Counted from the first letter of the stretch, positions 1-9,036 are shown. The stretch: 43,086 bases of DNA from a virus (IMGVR_UViG_3300045996_001729:1-43086); one strand, 5' to 3'. The notes: generated by a model from the letters alone, not told the origin. Made by a program: numbers and translations.

Positions 1-87
1 GCCGGTCGCCGGGGAGACGATGAAGCGGCTGGGGATCACGACCGCCGCGAAGTAACCCGCCCAAGTGTCCGACCACCCGGGGCCGAC

Positions 88-1008
88 ATGCCGAAACTCG
101 AAGACCACCCGCTCGCCTGCATCTTCCCGCTGATGGGGGACGCGGACCTCGACGCGCTCGCCGCGGACATCGAGGCGAACGGACAGCAGGAGCCGGTTTG
201 GCTGTTCGAGGGGCTGATCCTCGACGGCCGCAACCGCTACCGGGCGTGCGTGAGGAAGGACGTTGACCAGCGGGTCGAGCACTACAAGGGCCGCGACCCG
301 CTCGGGTTCGTGCTGTCCAAGAACCTCCACCGCCGGCACCTGACCGAGAGCCAGCGGGCGATGGTGGCGGCGAACATCGCCGGGTGGAAGAAGGGCGACA
401 ACCAGCACACGGCGGGAGGGTCGGCAAATTTGCCGACCCTCACCCAGTCCCAAGCCGCCGAGCAGGTCAGCGTTTCCGACCGGTCGGTCCGGGACGCCGT
501 GAAGGTCAAGGCCGACGGCGTGCCCGAACTGGTGAAGGCGGTCGAGGCCGGGGACGTGTCGGTGAGCGCCGCCGCGGAGGTGGCGAAGCTCCCGAAGGGC
601 GAGCAGAAGAAGGCGGTGAAGGCCGGCAAGGTCAAGGAGAAGGCCGCGGAGAAGCGGAAGGAGAAGCAGGCCAAGAAGGACGGGCCGGCCGACGCGCCCG
701 GCCCGGACCACACGGTCACGACCGACCCCGCGGGCGAGTTCGTCGGCCGGGTCAACAAGCTCTGCCACGCCCTCGACGGGGCGAAGAAGGAGGCGGCCGA
801 CATCGCCGCCGTCCCGGTGTTCGGCCGGCAGGTCCACGGCGAGAGCGTCACGCTCCAGATCGACGCGGCCCGCAAGGCGCTGTGGCAGGCCCGGCCGACC
901 GAGCCGTGCAACTGCGTCAAGGGCGGGTCGGCCCCGGCCGCGAACTGCAAGGCGTGCTTCGGGGCGGGGCTGTGCCCGGCTTCCCGCGTGCTGAAGGGGG
1001 GCCGCTGA
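88..1008 (+). CDS. ParB/Spo0J N-terminal-like domain protein with Lys-rich linker and C-terminal Cys cluster
   Basis: HPLACIFPLM...LAADI..NGQQEPV...ILDGRNRYRAC and NLHRRHLTESQRA are typical of phage ParB-like proteins; HTH-like TQSQAAEQVSVSDRSVRDA; C-terminal CxC..CxxC..C. Confidence 0.8.
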   Translation: MPKLEDHPLACIFPLMGDADLDALAADIEANGQQEPVWLFEGLILDGRNRYRACVRKDVDQRVEHYKGRDPLGFVLSKNLHRRHLTESQRAMVAANIAGWKKGDNQHTAGGSANLPTLTQSQAAEQVSVSDRSVRDAVKVKADGVPELVKAVEAGDVSVSAAAEVAKLPKGEQKKAVKAGKVKEKAAEKRKEKQAKKDGPADAPGPDHTVTTDPAGEFVGRVNKLCHALDGAKKEAADIAAVPVFGRQVHGESVTLQIDAARKALWQARPTEPCNCVKGGSAPAANCKACFGAGLCPASRVLKGGR

Positions 1009-1009
1009 C

Positions 1010-2638
1010 GTGGCACGGACGCTCCGCTCCTACCAGATCGACGCCGTGGCCGGCGTCCGCGACGTACTCGCCCGCCACGGGTCGTGCGTGGTCGTGCTCC
1101 CGACCGGCACCGGCAAGACGTCCGTCGCCTCGACGCTGATGAACGAGTGGCCGGGCGGGAACTGCCTGTTCCTGGCCCACACCCGGGAACTGGTCGGGCA
1201 GGCGGCGGCCCGGCTCGACGCCGAACTCGGGTACCCGCCGGTCGTCGAGATGGGGATTCGCGGCGGCGAACGCGACCTGTTCTACCAGGGCGGCATGGTC
1301 GTCGTCGGGTCGGTGCAGTCAATGCTCACCGACCGGCGACTCGCCAAGTACCAGGAGCACCCGTTCGACCTGATCGTGATCGACGAGTGCCACCGGGCCG
1401 TCAGCCGCAGTTACACGAAGGTCGTCGAGTACTTCCAGAAGATCAACCCGGGCTGCAAGGTCGTGGGGCTGACGGCCACGCCGAACCGGGCCGACAAGGT
1501 GGCGCTCGGGCTTGCGTTCGAGGCGGTCGCCTACGCGATGGACATCCCCGACGCCATCGACGGCGGCTGGCTCGTCCCGGTCCGGCAGCAGGCCGTGGTC
1601 GTGTCCGACGTGCAGATCGAGGGCCCGAGCCGCACCAACGAGGTCGGGGAGAAGGACTTCACCGACTCGCAGGTCGAGGAGGTGATGACCGACGAGGCGG
1701 CGCTGGTCGGCACGGCCAAGCCGCTGGTCGAGCTCGCGGCCGGGCGGCAGACGATCGTGTTCTGCGCGACCGTCCGCCACGCCCACGAGCTCGCCGCGGT
1801 GATCGACCGCTACGCCCCGGGGGCCGCCGACGCCGTGGACGGGGAGACGCCGGCCGAGCAGCGGGCCGACCTGATCGCTCGGTTCAAGGACGGCCGGCTC
1901 CAGTTCCTTTGCAACGCGCAGTTGTTCGTGGAGGGGTTCGACGCCCCGTCCTGCTCCTGCGTGGCCGTGGCCCGCCCGACCAAGAGCACGGGCCGCTACA
2001 CGCAGATGGTGGGTCGCGGCCTGCGGCCCCTCCCGGGGGTGGTGGACGGGGCGGGCCTCCAGGCCGACGACCGGCGGCTCAACATCGCCACCAGCGACAA
2101 GCCCGACTGCCTGATCCTCGACTTCGTCAACGCCGGGCAGGCCGGGCTGGTGACGATCGACGACGTGCTCGGCGGCGACTACGATCGCGAGGTCCGGGAA
2201 CTGGCGGCGGCCGAGCGGAAGGCCGGCGACACCGGGGTGTCGGAGAGCCTGAAGCGGGCGAAGTTCCTGCTCGCCCTCGAACGCGAAATGGCCGCCCGCG
2301 CCGGCAACCACGGGCACGTCGAGTACTCGGTGTTCGACCGCGACGGGCGGCCGGTGGCCGGCACCGCCGTCGAGCACACCCGCGGCACCGTCACCGACAA
2401 CCAGTACGCCCACCTCGTCGCGCTCGGGTGCGAGAAGGCGAGGGCGTACCGCATGTCGAAACTCCAGGCCGGGAAGGTCATCGACGAGATGCGCAAGACG
2501 CACTGCACCGACAAGCAGGCGTGGCGGATTCGCAAGGCCGGGCTCGACCCGGCCGGCATCGGGTTCGACCGGGCCAGCAAGATCATTGACGCGATCGTGC
2601 GGAACGGCGGCCGGCTCCCGGAGGTGCTGCCCGAATGA
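1010..2638 (+). CDS. SF2 DExH helicase (RadD/UvsW-like)
   Basis: Q motif LRSYQ, Walker A PTGTGKT, DECH, motif III TAT, FVEGFD, motif VI QMVGRGLR. Confidence 0.92.
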   Translation: MARTLRSYQIDAVAGVRDVLARHGSCVVVLPTGTGKTSVASTLMNEWPGGNCLFLAHTRELVGQAAARLDAELGYPPVVEMGIRGGERDLFYQGGMVVVGSVQSMLTDRRLAKYQEHPFDLIVIDECHRAVSRSYTKVVEYFQKINPGCKVVGLTATPNRADKVALGLAFEAVAYAMDIPDAIDGGWLVPVRQQAVVVSDVQIEGPSRTNEVGEKDFTDSQVEEVMTDEAALVGTAKPLVELAAGRQTIVFCATVRHAHELAAVIDRYAPGAADAVDGETPAEQRADLIARFKDGRLQFLCNAQLFVEGFDAPSCSCVAVARPTKSTGRYTQMVGRGLRPLPGVVDGAGLQADDRRLNIATSDKPDCLILDFVNAGQAGLVTIDDVLGGDYDREVRELAAAERKAGDTGVSESLKRAKFLLALEREMAARAGNHGHVEYSVFDRDGRPVAGTAVEHTRGTVTDNQYAHLVALGCEKARAYRMSKLQAGKVIDEMRKTHCTDKQAWRIRKAGLDPAGIGFDRASKIIDAIVRNGGRLPEVLPE

Positions 2639-3075
2639 CCGCCGTGGACCGGCTGCTCAAGACGCTGGAGGCCCGCGGGCTCGGGGTGGCGGCGGGGCCG
2701 GAACCCGGGACGCTGGTCCTGACCGGGCCGAAGGGGGAGAAGACGCCGGCCGTGCTGGAGGCGGTGAAGGCGTTCAAGCCGCAACTGGTCGAGCGGTTCC
2801 CGGCCAAGCCGGTGGAGAAGCCGACCGGCCCCCCGGACGGGGCGTGGACCGGCGAGGACTGGACGGTCATGCGGGGCGGGGTCTGCCGGTCGCGGGCGGA
2901 CGCCACACTCTGCTGGGCGAAGTACCGGGCCGGCGGCTGGTACTGGTTTGAGGAACTGCGGATGCCGAGCGGCCGGGGCGCGGTTGCCTCATTCCGGGTG
3001 TTCGCCGGGACCGACGCGGGATTCGCGGGGCCGACGAAGTTCGCGGAGATGTTCGAGGAGGAGCCGGCCCCGTGA
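2635..3075 (+). CDS. Hypothetical protein with TubC-N-like N-terminal segment
   Basis: ATGA-coupled to the helicase; LLKTLEARGL..LVLTGPKG..VKAFKPQL resembles TubC_N docking-like domains of phage replication regions. Confidence 0.55.
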   Translation: MTAVDRLLKTLEARGLGVAAGPEPGTLVLTGPKGEKTPAVLEAVKAFKPQLVERFPAKPVEKPTGPPDGAWTGEDWTVMRGGVCRSRADATLCWAKYRAGGWYWFEELRMPSGRGAVASFRVFAGTDAGFAGPTKFAEMFEEEPAP

Positions 3076-3530
3076 CGGACCACGACGCCATCCCGCCGAA
3101 CGACGAGGACGCCGAGCGGGTGGTGCTCGCCGGCCTCCTCCGCCAGTGGGCGGCGGTGTGGCGGGAGGTGCGGCGGGCGGGGCTCAGGCGGGGCGACCTG
3201 TACCACCACCGGCACCTGCTCGTCTGGGACGCGGCGGCCGGGCTCGGGGCGTCCGGGCGACCGGTGTCGGCGGTCGAGGTGTGGCGGGAGGTCGGACGGC
3301 GGGGCCACTGGGGCGAGTGGCCGCAGTGGGGCCGGGACCGGACCGGCCGGCTCGGGTGCGCGGCGTGGCTGGTCGAACTCCTGGACGTCGACCCGACCGG
3401 GTACTGGGCGCTGGAGAAGGCGGTGCGGGTGCGGGACCTGGCCGCGCGGCGGCGGGTGATCCACCGGGCGCGGCAGGCGATCCGGGACGCGATCGACGGG
3501 GTGCCGGTCAACGAACTCCTGGGGGCGTGA
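3072..3530 (+). CDS. Stand-alone DnaB N-terminal-like domain protein
   Basis: PPNDEDAERVVLAGLL, L..GDLYHHRHLLVW and VRDLAARRRVI match the DnaB N-domain pattern; no ATPase domain. Confidence 0.75.
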   Translation: MTDHDAIPPNDEDAERVVLAGLLRQWAAVWREVRRAGLRRGDLYHHRHLLVWDAAAGLGASGRPVSAVEVWREVGRRGHWGEWPQWGRDRTGRLGCAAWLVELLDVDPTGYWALEKAVRVRDLAARRRVIHRARQAIRDAIDGVPVNELLGA

Positions 3531-3531
3531 G

Positions 3532-3681
3532 ATGGACGACGACGACGCCTGGGACGAGGAGTGGTGGGACGACATCGCGGCCTACGTCTGCGACGACTCG
3601 CGGGACGACGAGGCCGACGACTGCATGAACTGCGGGTACTGCGACTGGTGCATCGAGCGGAGCATGGACGCGGCGGAATGA
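3532..3681 (+). CDS. 49-aa acidic peptide with CxxCxxCxxC motif
   Basis: Hand translation MDDDDAWDEEWWDDIAAYVCDDSRDDEADDCMNCGYCDWCIERSMDAAE; starts 1 nt after previous stop; GC3-biased codons. Confidence 0.6.
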   Translation: MDDDDAWDEEWWDDIAAYVCDDSRDDEADDCMNCGYCDWCIERSMDAAE

Positions 3682-4109
3682 GGGGACGGACCTTCTAGCG
3701 CCTCGCCGGTTCGGGCACACTCCATCCACGCCCGTGAAGCCGGGCCGAAGGAATAGCCCCTGACTGGCACCTGCCGTGTTCTCCCGAACGGGCCTGCGGG
3801 CATCGGGGGTTCGCCCAGCCGGGGCGTGCGAAGTACCGGACGAGCCGCGGGGTAGAGGGCTGGCTTAGGTCAACCCACCCCGCGGTCCCGAATGCCCGGT
3901 GAAGTGAGCGACGAACGGCCGGGGTATCGCGGGGCGTGTCCCCCCTCGGGCGTGGTGACGGGTGTGACCGGAGTACCACGAAAATCAACCAACTCCGGCG
4001 GTCATACCGGTCCCAGCCGTATGCGGCAGGCCTTGACCCCGACCCCCCAGCCCGGGGTCGGTACGCCCGGAGCCGCAGGCCGTGTCGGCAGTGTCGTGGG
4101 GGATCAGCG
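3682..4109. ncRNA. Candidate structured non-coding RNA or structured origin
   Basis: Gap in an otherwise tightly coupled operon, with nested stems 3706-3716/3730-3743, 3797-3807/3887-3898, 3845-3853/3877-3885, 3915-3924/4011-4020, 3961-3970/3999-4008, 4039-4046/4054-4061. Confidence 0.45.
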
Positions 4110-4388
4110 GTGGAACCGAAGTGCGTCAACTGCGGGAGGAACAAGCGATGCCGACCACGGGGGCTGTGCTGGCCGTGCCACGGGAGCCCGGCGGTGCGGG
4201 CGAAGTACCCGCCGAAGGGGGCGAGCGGGGAGGCGGGTGCCCGGGGGTGCGAGCCGGAGTCCGTTCCCCTGGGGCCGGCGCGACTGCCGACCCCGCACCT
4301 GCCGGGGACGCCGGGGAAGTTCTCGGAGCTGTGCCGGCGGTACGAGACCCGTCAGGAGCTCTGGCACCCGCAGGACGCGGGCGGGTGA
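4110..4388 (+). CDS. Small Cys-rich protein (CxxC...RPRGLCxxC...PTxxLPG..K...LWHPxD)
   Basis: GTG start at 4110 inside listed ORF 3936..4388; motif pattern resembles hypothetical proteins I recall from Gemmataceae. Confidence 0.7.
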   Translation: MEPKCVNCGRNKRCRPRGLCWPCHGSPAVRAKYPPKGASGEAGARGCEPESVPLGPARLPTPHLPGTPGKFSELCRRYETRQELWHPQDAGG

Positions 4389-4543
4389 ACCCGTCCGGCT
4401 GGTGTACCTTCGCGGCCCTCTACTGCCTGGGGGTCGCAGTACCGACGGCCCCCGACCCGGATCGGGTCGAGCTCTGCCGGCGGTGCTGGGAGCGGTGGGT
4501 GGGAACCCCGTGGCCCGGGGACGAGGGGGCTGAGCCGTGCTGA
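4385..4543 (+). CDS. Small hypothetical Cys-containing protein
   Basis: GTGA overlap with upstream gene; fills the gap to the resolvase. Confidence 0.45.
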   Translation: MNPSGWCTFAALYCLGVAVPTAPDPDRVELCRRCWERWVGTPWPGDEGAEPC

Positions 4544-4905
4544 CACTGACGATCGAGGGCGTGAGGCTGGTCAGCGAAACGAACCAGAGGTCGCACTGGT
4601 CCGCCCGGCACCGCCGCAACCGCGGGCAACAGGAACTCGTCCGGGCCGCGCTGGTCGGGGTGGACAAGGCCCCGCTGCTCGCCCTCCCCCGGCTGCGCGT
4701 CGTCCTGACCCGGGTGATGGGCAAGCGGGGCCGGCCGTTCGACCGGGATAATTTGTGGTCGAGCATGAAGCACACGATCGACGCCGTCGCGTCCTGGGCG
4801 GGCAAGCCGGACCACGACCCGTTCTGGGTCTGGGAGGTGAGCCCGACCCAGGAGCGGGGGCCGGAGTTTGCCGTGCGGCTGACGTTCGCCCCGGCGGCGG
4901 GGTGA
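4537..4905 (+). CDS. RusA-like Holliday junction resolvase
   Basis: SETN..HW..R, VVLTR, DRDNL..SMKH.IDAV and PDHD acidic catalytic pattern. Confidence 0.75.
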   Translation: MLTLTIEGVRLVSETNQRSHWSARHRRNRGQQELVRAALVGVDKAPLLALPRLRVVLTRVMGKRGRPFDRDNLWSSMKHTIDAVASWAGKPDHDPFWVWEVSPTQERGPEFAVRLTFAPAAG

Positions 4906-4917
4906 GGGGGACCGACG

Positions 4918-5277
4918 ATGGCGAAGGTGGACCGGCCGTGGACGCGGAAGGAGGAGGCCGCCCTGGCGGGGCTGGTGGCGGCGGGGGTCCGCTACCGGGC
5001 CGCCGCCGGGGTGCTCGGGCGGTCGGTGTCGGCGGTGACGACGAAGGCGTACCACCTCGGCATCCGCTGCGGGCACGCCCCGTACCGGCACGACGCCACC
5101 GTGCGGCGGCTGAGCGCGGCCGGGTACTGCGACTGGGAGATTGCGATCCACCTGGACGTGGACCGGTCGCGCGTGGCGGTCATCCGGAAGCGGCTGGGGC
5201 TGCCGGCGGCGGACCGGCGGCAGAGCGGGATTGCGATGCGACGTGAGGAAGCCAAACGACAACGGAGGACGGCGTGA
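4918..5277 (+). CDS. Double HTH (Myb/SANT-like plus second HTH) DNA-binding protein
   Basis: WTRKEEAAL...LGRSVSAV..KA..LG and DWEIAIHLDVDRSRVAVIRKRLGL. Confidence 0.75.
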   Translation: MAKVDRPWTRKEEAALAGLVAAGVRYRAAAGVLGRSVSAVTTKAYHLGIRCGHAPYRHDATVRRLSAAGYCDWEIAIHLDVDRSRVAVIRKRLGLPAADRRQSGIAMRREEAKRQRRTA

Positions 5278-5528
5278 CCACGACCCACAAGACCACGATC
5301 GTCGGCAAGTGCCCGCACGGGTGCCCCGACGTGTACGAAGTCGAGTTCACCGTCGCCGGGGAGGCGGTGACGAAGGTGGAGGACATCCAGGCGGCCATCG
5401 ACCGGCTTACGGTTGAGCCGGTGTACCAGGAGGACCTGACGCGGCTGCTGGCGGAGGTGGTCGGGTGCCGGGTGAGGACGGTGGGCTCGCACGGGCGGTT
5501 CCTGACGACGTGCGAGGCGGGCGAGTGA
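5274..5528 (+). CDS. Minimal T-fold QueF-like protein
   Basis: KCP...D.YEV, VE.I, YQEDLT..LA and V...GSH pattern of QueF/QueF-L; coupled to the DpdA-like gene. Confidence 0.65.
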   Translation: MTTTHKTTIVGKCPHGCPDVYEVEFTVAGEAVTKVEDIQAAIDRLTVEPVYQEDLTRLLAEVVGCRVRTVGSHGRFLTTCEAGE

Positions 5529-6214
5529 GGTTCTACCTTTCCAGCCCCGGAAGCCAGATGCACGCGGACCACTGCCGCGGGATGCCCGTGTTGGTGTCGT
5601 TCGCGCTGTACGCCCCGTGGCTGGACGACTACGCGGCCAGCTGGTCCCGGGTGCTGATCGACTCCGGGGCCTACTCCGAGCTCACCGGGAAGGCGAAGGT
5701 GGACGGGGCGGCGTACCGCGACTGGCAGGCCCGCTGGGCGGACACGGCCCACGTCGATGCAATCGCCGGGCTGGACGACATCCGCGGGGACTGGCGGCGG
5801 AGCCTGCGGAACTACGAGCTCTACGGCGGGTTCCCCACGTTCCACGAGACGGACCCGCCGGAGTTGCTGGACGATCTGATCCCCCTGGCCCGGGACCGGG
5901 GCGGGTGGCTGGGGGTCGGGCTGCTGCCGCCGCGGTCGGGGAAGTGGCGGTGGGTCAAGGAGACGCTGGCCCGCGTCCCGGCCGGCCTCCACGTCCACTT
6001 CTGGGCGGGCGGGGAGTACGCCGGGCACCCGCGGGTGGACTCCGCTGACAGCACTAATTGGTTTAGAGACGCCTGGATCTACAAGAACGCGATGCCGTTC
6101 CTGACCCCGGCCGAGTGCGTCGAGCTCGTGGTCAAGAGGTATCAACGGGAACGCCGGCGGCCGGTGGACCCGAGCACCACCGCCGACCTGTTCAGCGGGG
6201 TGGCCGACGGCTGA
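5525..6214 (+). CDS. DpdA-like / TGT-family guanine transglycosylase
   Basis: VLVSF, LIDSGAYS, LDDI, PTFH, LGVG, VHFWAG and DSADSTNW match the TGT/DpdA barrel motifs; GTGA-coupled start at 5525. Confidence 0.8.
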   Translation: MRFYLSSPGSQMHADHCRGMPVLVSFALYAPWLDDYAASWSRVLIDSGAYSELTGKAKVDGAAYRDWQARWADTAHVDAIAGLDDIRGDWRRSLRNYELYGGFPTFHETDPPELLDDLIPLARDRGGWLGVGLLPPRSGKWRWVKETLARVPAGLHVHFWAGGEYAGHPRVDSADSTNWFRDAWIYKNAMPFLTPAECVELVVKRYQRERRRPVDPSTTADLFSGVADG

Positions 6215-6252
6215 GGGGAACGAGTCTGGTACTCTCCAACAGGTGACGCCCA

Positions 6253-6642
6253 ATGACGACGACCGAGCCCGACCTGTTCGCCGGCCCGGAGTTGACCGAC
6301 GCCGAGCGGGCCGACCTGGAGGACTACGTGGCCGTGATGACCGAAGCCGCCCGCGACCCCGACGTGGGGGACTACACGGGGCTCACCCCGGGCATGCTGG
6401 TCTGCAACTGCCTGTGCGGCCGGCTGCTGCTGGCCCGCCGCCACGCCCACCTGAGACCCGATATGTACGCGGTGACCGACTCCGACGCGCTGCCGCCGGT
6501 GCTGTTCCGCAAGCGGGTGATGCGGTGCGGCGACGTGACGCGGACCGTCCCCGTGTGCCGCGAGTGCGAGCAGGACGGGACGGCGGCGGTGCGGTGCGCG
6601 GGGGGCGGGCGGTACGCCCTCGGGGCGGGGGGTGAGGGATGA
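6253..6642 (+). CDS. Hypothetical Cys-rich protein
   Basis: GC3-biased ORF with CxCxC and CxxC; coupled to the MTase. Confidence 0.6.
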   Translation: MTTTEPDLFAGPELTDAERADLEDYVAVMTEAARDPDVGDYTGLTPGMLVCNCLCGRLLLARRHAHLRPDMYAVTDSDALPPVLFRKRVMRCGDVTRTVPVCRECEQDGTAAVRCAGGGRYALGAGGEG

Positions 6643-8135
6643 GCGACTGGCACGACGTTCTGGCCGGGACCGCGAGGTGGGCGGTGGAGGCCGGGGGGTG
6701 CCTCGACTGGCTCCGCACGCTGCCCGACGACAGCGTCCACTGCTGGGTGACCAGTCCGCCCTACTACGGGCTGCGGGACTACGGGACCGCGACGTGGGAG
6801 GGGGGCGACCCGGGGTGCGACCACAGGGCCCGGACGGGGGCGGAAGTCGAGACGGGGTGCGTGGCTGCGTCCACGCTCTGCGGGCCGACCGACCCGCAGC
6901 GGGCGGCGCGGGAGGCCCGGTTCGCCTTCCGGGGGTCGTGCGGCAAGTGCGGCGCCCGCCGGGTGGACGAGCAGATCGGGGCGGAGCCGACCCCGGGCGA
7001 GTACGTCGAGCGGATGGTGGAGGTGATGCGGGAGGCGCGGCGGGCGATGCACCCGAGCGGGTGCCTGTGGCTGAACCTCGGGGATAGCTACGCAGCCGGG
7101 AAAACAGGCCGCGCCGACCACGGCTCGGGCGACCCAACAAGCCGGCTCGGCCCGACGCGGGACGGTCTCCCGGGCGGGACGCCGATGGGGCCAGTTCGCC
7201 AGCGGCCGGCACCCGCCGGCACCAAGTCCAAAGACCTCCTCCTCATCCCCACGACGGTCGCCGCCGCCCTCCGCGCCGACGGGTGGTATCTCCGCAGCGC
7301 CTGCCCGTGGGTGAAGCGGAACCCGATGCCGGAGTCGGTGGACGACCGGCCGGGGACCGGGTGCGAGTGGGTGTTCCTGCTGGCGAAGCGGCCCGACTAC
7401 TTCTTTGACATGGAGGCGGTGAAGCGGCCGGCCGTCATCGCGGCCGACGGTCGGGACCAGTACCAGACCCCGAGCTCGCGGAAGCACTCGGCCGACCGGA
7501 ACGACGCCGCCGGCCTGACCAGCATCGGGTTCGGCTGCTCGGAGGGCGGCCGCAACCTCCGCACCTCCGACCTCTGGTTCGACTCCGTGGGGATGCTGCT
7601 CGCGGGCGACGACCCGTACCCCGAGCTCGTCGGGTTCGACGTGACCCCGGAGCGGTACAAGGGGGCACACTTCGCCGTCATGCCCACTCGCCTCGTGGAA
7701 CCCTGCGTCCTCGCCGGGACGAGTGCCCGGGGGGTCTGTCCGTCCTGCGGGGAGCCGTGGGTAAGGCAGGTCGAGAGGAGCCGCCAAGCGACCCGGCCGG
7801 GGACGGACAGCAAGGTCAACAAGCAGGATCAGGCCACGGGCCGGCACGATCAGGTGGGGTTCAACGCCCGGTGGAAGGCGGCCGAGGTGGGCAACCGCGA
7901 CCCGCAACGCCACTGCACGGTCACCCGGACGACGGGCTGGGAGCAGGGCTGCGACTGCGAGCCGGCCGAGCCGATCCCCGCCGTGGTGGGGGATATGTTC
8001 ACGGGCAGCGGCACCGTGGCGCGGGTCGCGGTCGATCTGGGCCGTCGCTTCATCGGGTGCGAGCTTAACGAGGCCTACCACCCGCTCATCCGCCGCCGGC
8101 TGGCGGGGGTGACGCCGTCCATGTTCGGAGGGTGA
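6639..8135 (+). CDS. N4-C/N6-A DNA methyltransferase (beta class) with Cys-rich insertions
   Basis: TSPPY, LWLNLGDSY, HFAVMP, DMFTGSGT, IGCELN. Confidence 0.93.
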   Translation: MSDWHDVLAGTARWAVEAGGCLDWLRTLPDDSVHCWVTSPPYYGLRDYGTATWEGGDPGCDHRARTGAEVETGCVAASTLCGPTDPQRAAREARFAFRGSCGKCGARRVDEQIGAEPTPGEYVERMVEVMREARRAMHPSGCLWLNLGDSYAAGKTGRADHGSGDPTSRLGPTRDGLPGGTPMGPVRQRPAPAGTKSKDLLLIPTTVAAALRADGWYLRSACPWVKRNPMPESVDDRPGTGCEWVFLLAKRPDYFFDMEAVKRPAVIAADGRDQYQTPSSRKHSADRNDAAGLTSIGFGCSEGGRNLRTSDLWFDSVGMLLAGDDPYPELVGFDVTPERYKGAHFAVMPTRLVEPCVLAGTSARGVCPSCGEPWVRQVERSRQATRPGTDSKVNKQDQATGRHDQVGFNARWKAAEVGNRDPQRHCTVTRTTGWEQGCDCEPAEPIPAVVGDMFTGSGTVARVAVDLGRRFIGCELNEAYHPLIRRRLAGVTPSMFGG

Positions 8136-8138
8136 CCC

Positions 8139-8396
8139 GTGCCCGCGACCTGCTACTCCTGCCGGACCGCCCTGGCCGCCGACGAGGGCCCGCGGTGCCG
8201 GCGGTGCGTGGACCGGCGGAACCGGTGGTACGAGGCCCAGCGGGAGGCCGGCCTGTGCGTCCAGACCGGGTGCCACCGCCGGGCCGCCCCCGGCCGGGTC
8301 CGGTGCCGGAAGTGCCACAAGGCGAACCGGGAGCTCGCCCACGCCGCCCAGGTGGCCGCCCGCAAGGGCAAGACCCGGGCGGACCGGCCGTACTGA
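8139..8396 (+). CDS. Small double zinc-finger basic protein
   Basis: CYSC, CRRC, CVQTGC, CRKC; Arg-rich; last gene before the first conserved late box. Confidence 0.7.
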   Translation: MPATCYSCRTALAADEGPRCRRCVDRRNRWYEAQREAGLCVQTGCHRRAAPGRVRCRKCHKANRELAHAAQVAARKGKTRADRPY

Positions 8397-8400
8397 CCCC

Positions 8401-8428
8401 GGCAGGTTCCCCCGACCCCGCCGACACT
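8401..8428 (+). promoter_or_regulatory. Putative late promoter upstream of terS
   Basis: GGCAGGTTCCCCC with GACACT starting 22 nt from box start. Confidence 0.75.
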
Positions 8429-8559
8429 GCACAGCAGCACCGACCCGACCGCCCGTCCCCGCGTGGGGTAGGGGGGATTGGGGAGGGGGAGGGTCTGTCT
8501 AGAGGGAGCTCTAGACCAACCGAGACGGGGTTCCCTCTCCCACCGGTGAGGGGCAAGGG

Positions 8560-9036
8560 ATGACCGGACCAGCGTGGGAGCAGGAGCCGAACGAGGATGC
8601 GGACAGCTATGTCCGCTTTCTGGTCTATCGCAACATCGGACCCAACCGGAGTTTGCGGCGGGCTTACCAGAAGTACCTGCAATCTTACGACGGTTACACG
8701 GGCGGCACTGAACGGCTTCACGTGCCGGGGACGTGGCACCGGGACAGCGTCGAGCACCAGTGGGTGAACCGGGCGGCGGCGTGGGACGTGGCGAACCTCG
8801 TGGCCCACGGGGCGCGGCTGGTGGCCCTCCACGCGGGGACGGTGCTGCAGGTCGCCAAGAAGAACGCCCGCGCGGCCCGGCGGCTGAACCCGGGTGACGG
8901 CGGGTGGGACGGGCTGTGCAAGTCCATCAAGCTCGTCCAGGACTGGCTCAGCCCGGAGGTGGTGCGTGGCATCCAGGACCGGGGCGCTCGCCGCGAGTCT
9001 GTTCGCGGCCCCGACGACCGGGCCGCAGTCCAGTAG
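8560..9036 (+). CDS. terS: Putative terminase small subunit
   Basis: Directly before terL; WEQEPNE...Y..F..YR..GP.RSL..AY and W..RA.AWD pattern. Confidence 0.7.
   Translation: MTGPAWEQEPNEDADSYVRFLVYRNIGPNRSLRRAYQKYLQSYDGYTGGTERLHVPGTWHRDSVEHQWVNRAAAWDVANLVAHGARLVALHAGTVLQVAKKNARAARRLNPGDGGWDGLCKSIKLVQDWLSPEVVRGIQDRGARRESVRGPDDRAAVQ

Noticed and set aside
4015-4090. AGCCGTATGCGG resembles the start of group II intron domain V
   Set aside because: The complementary CGCACGTACGG-type half and domain VI are missing, and no reverse transcriptase is present
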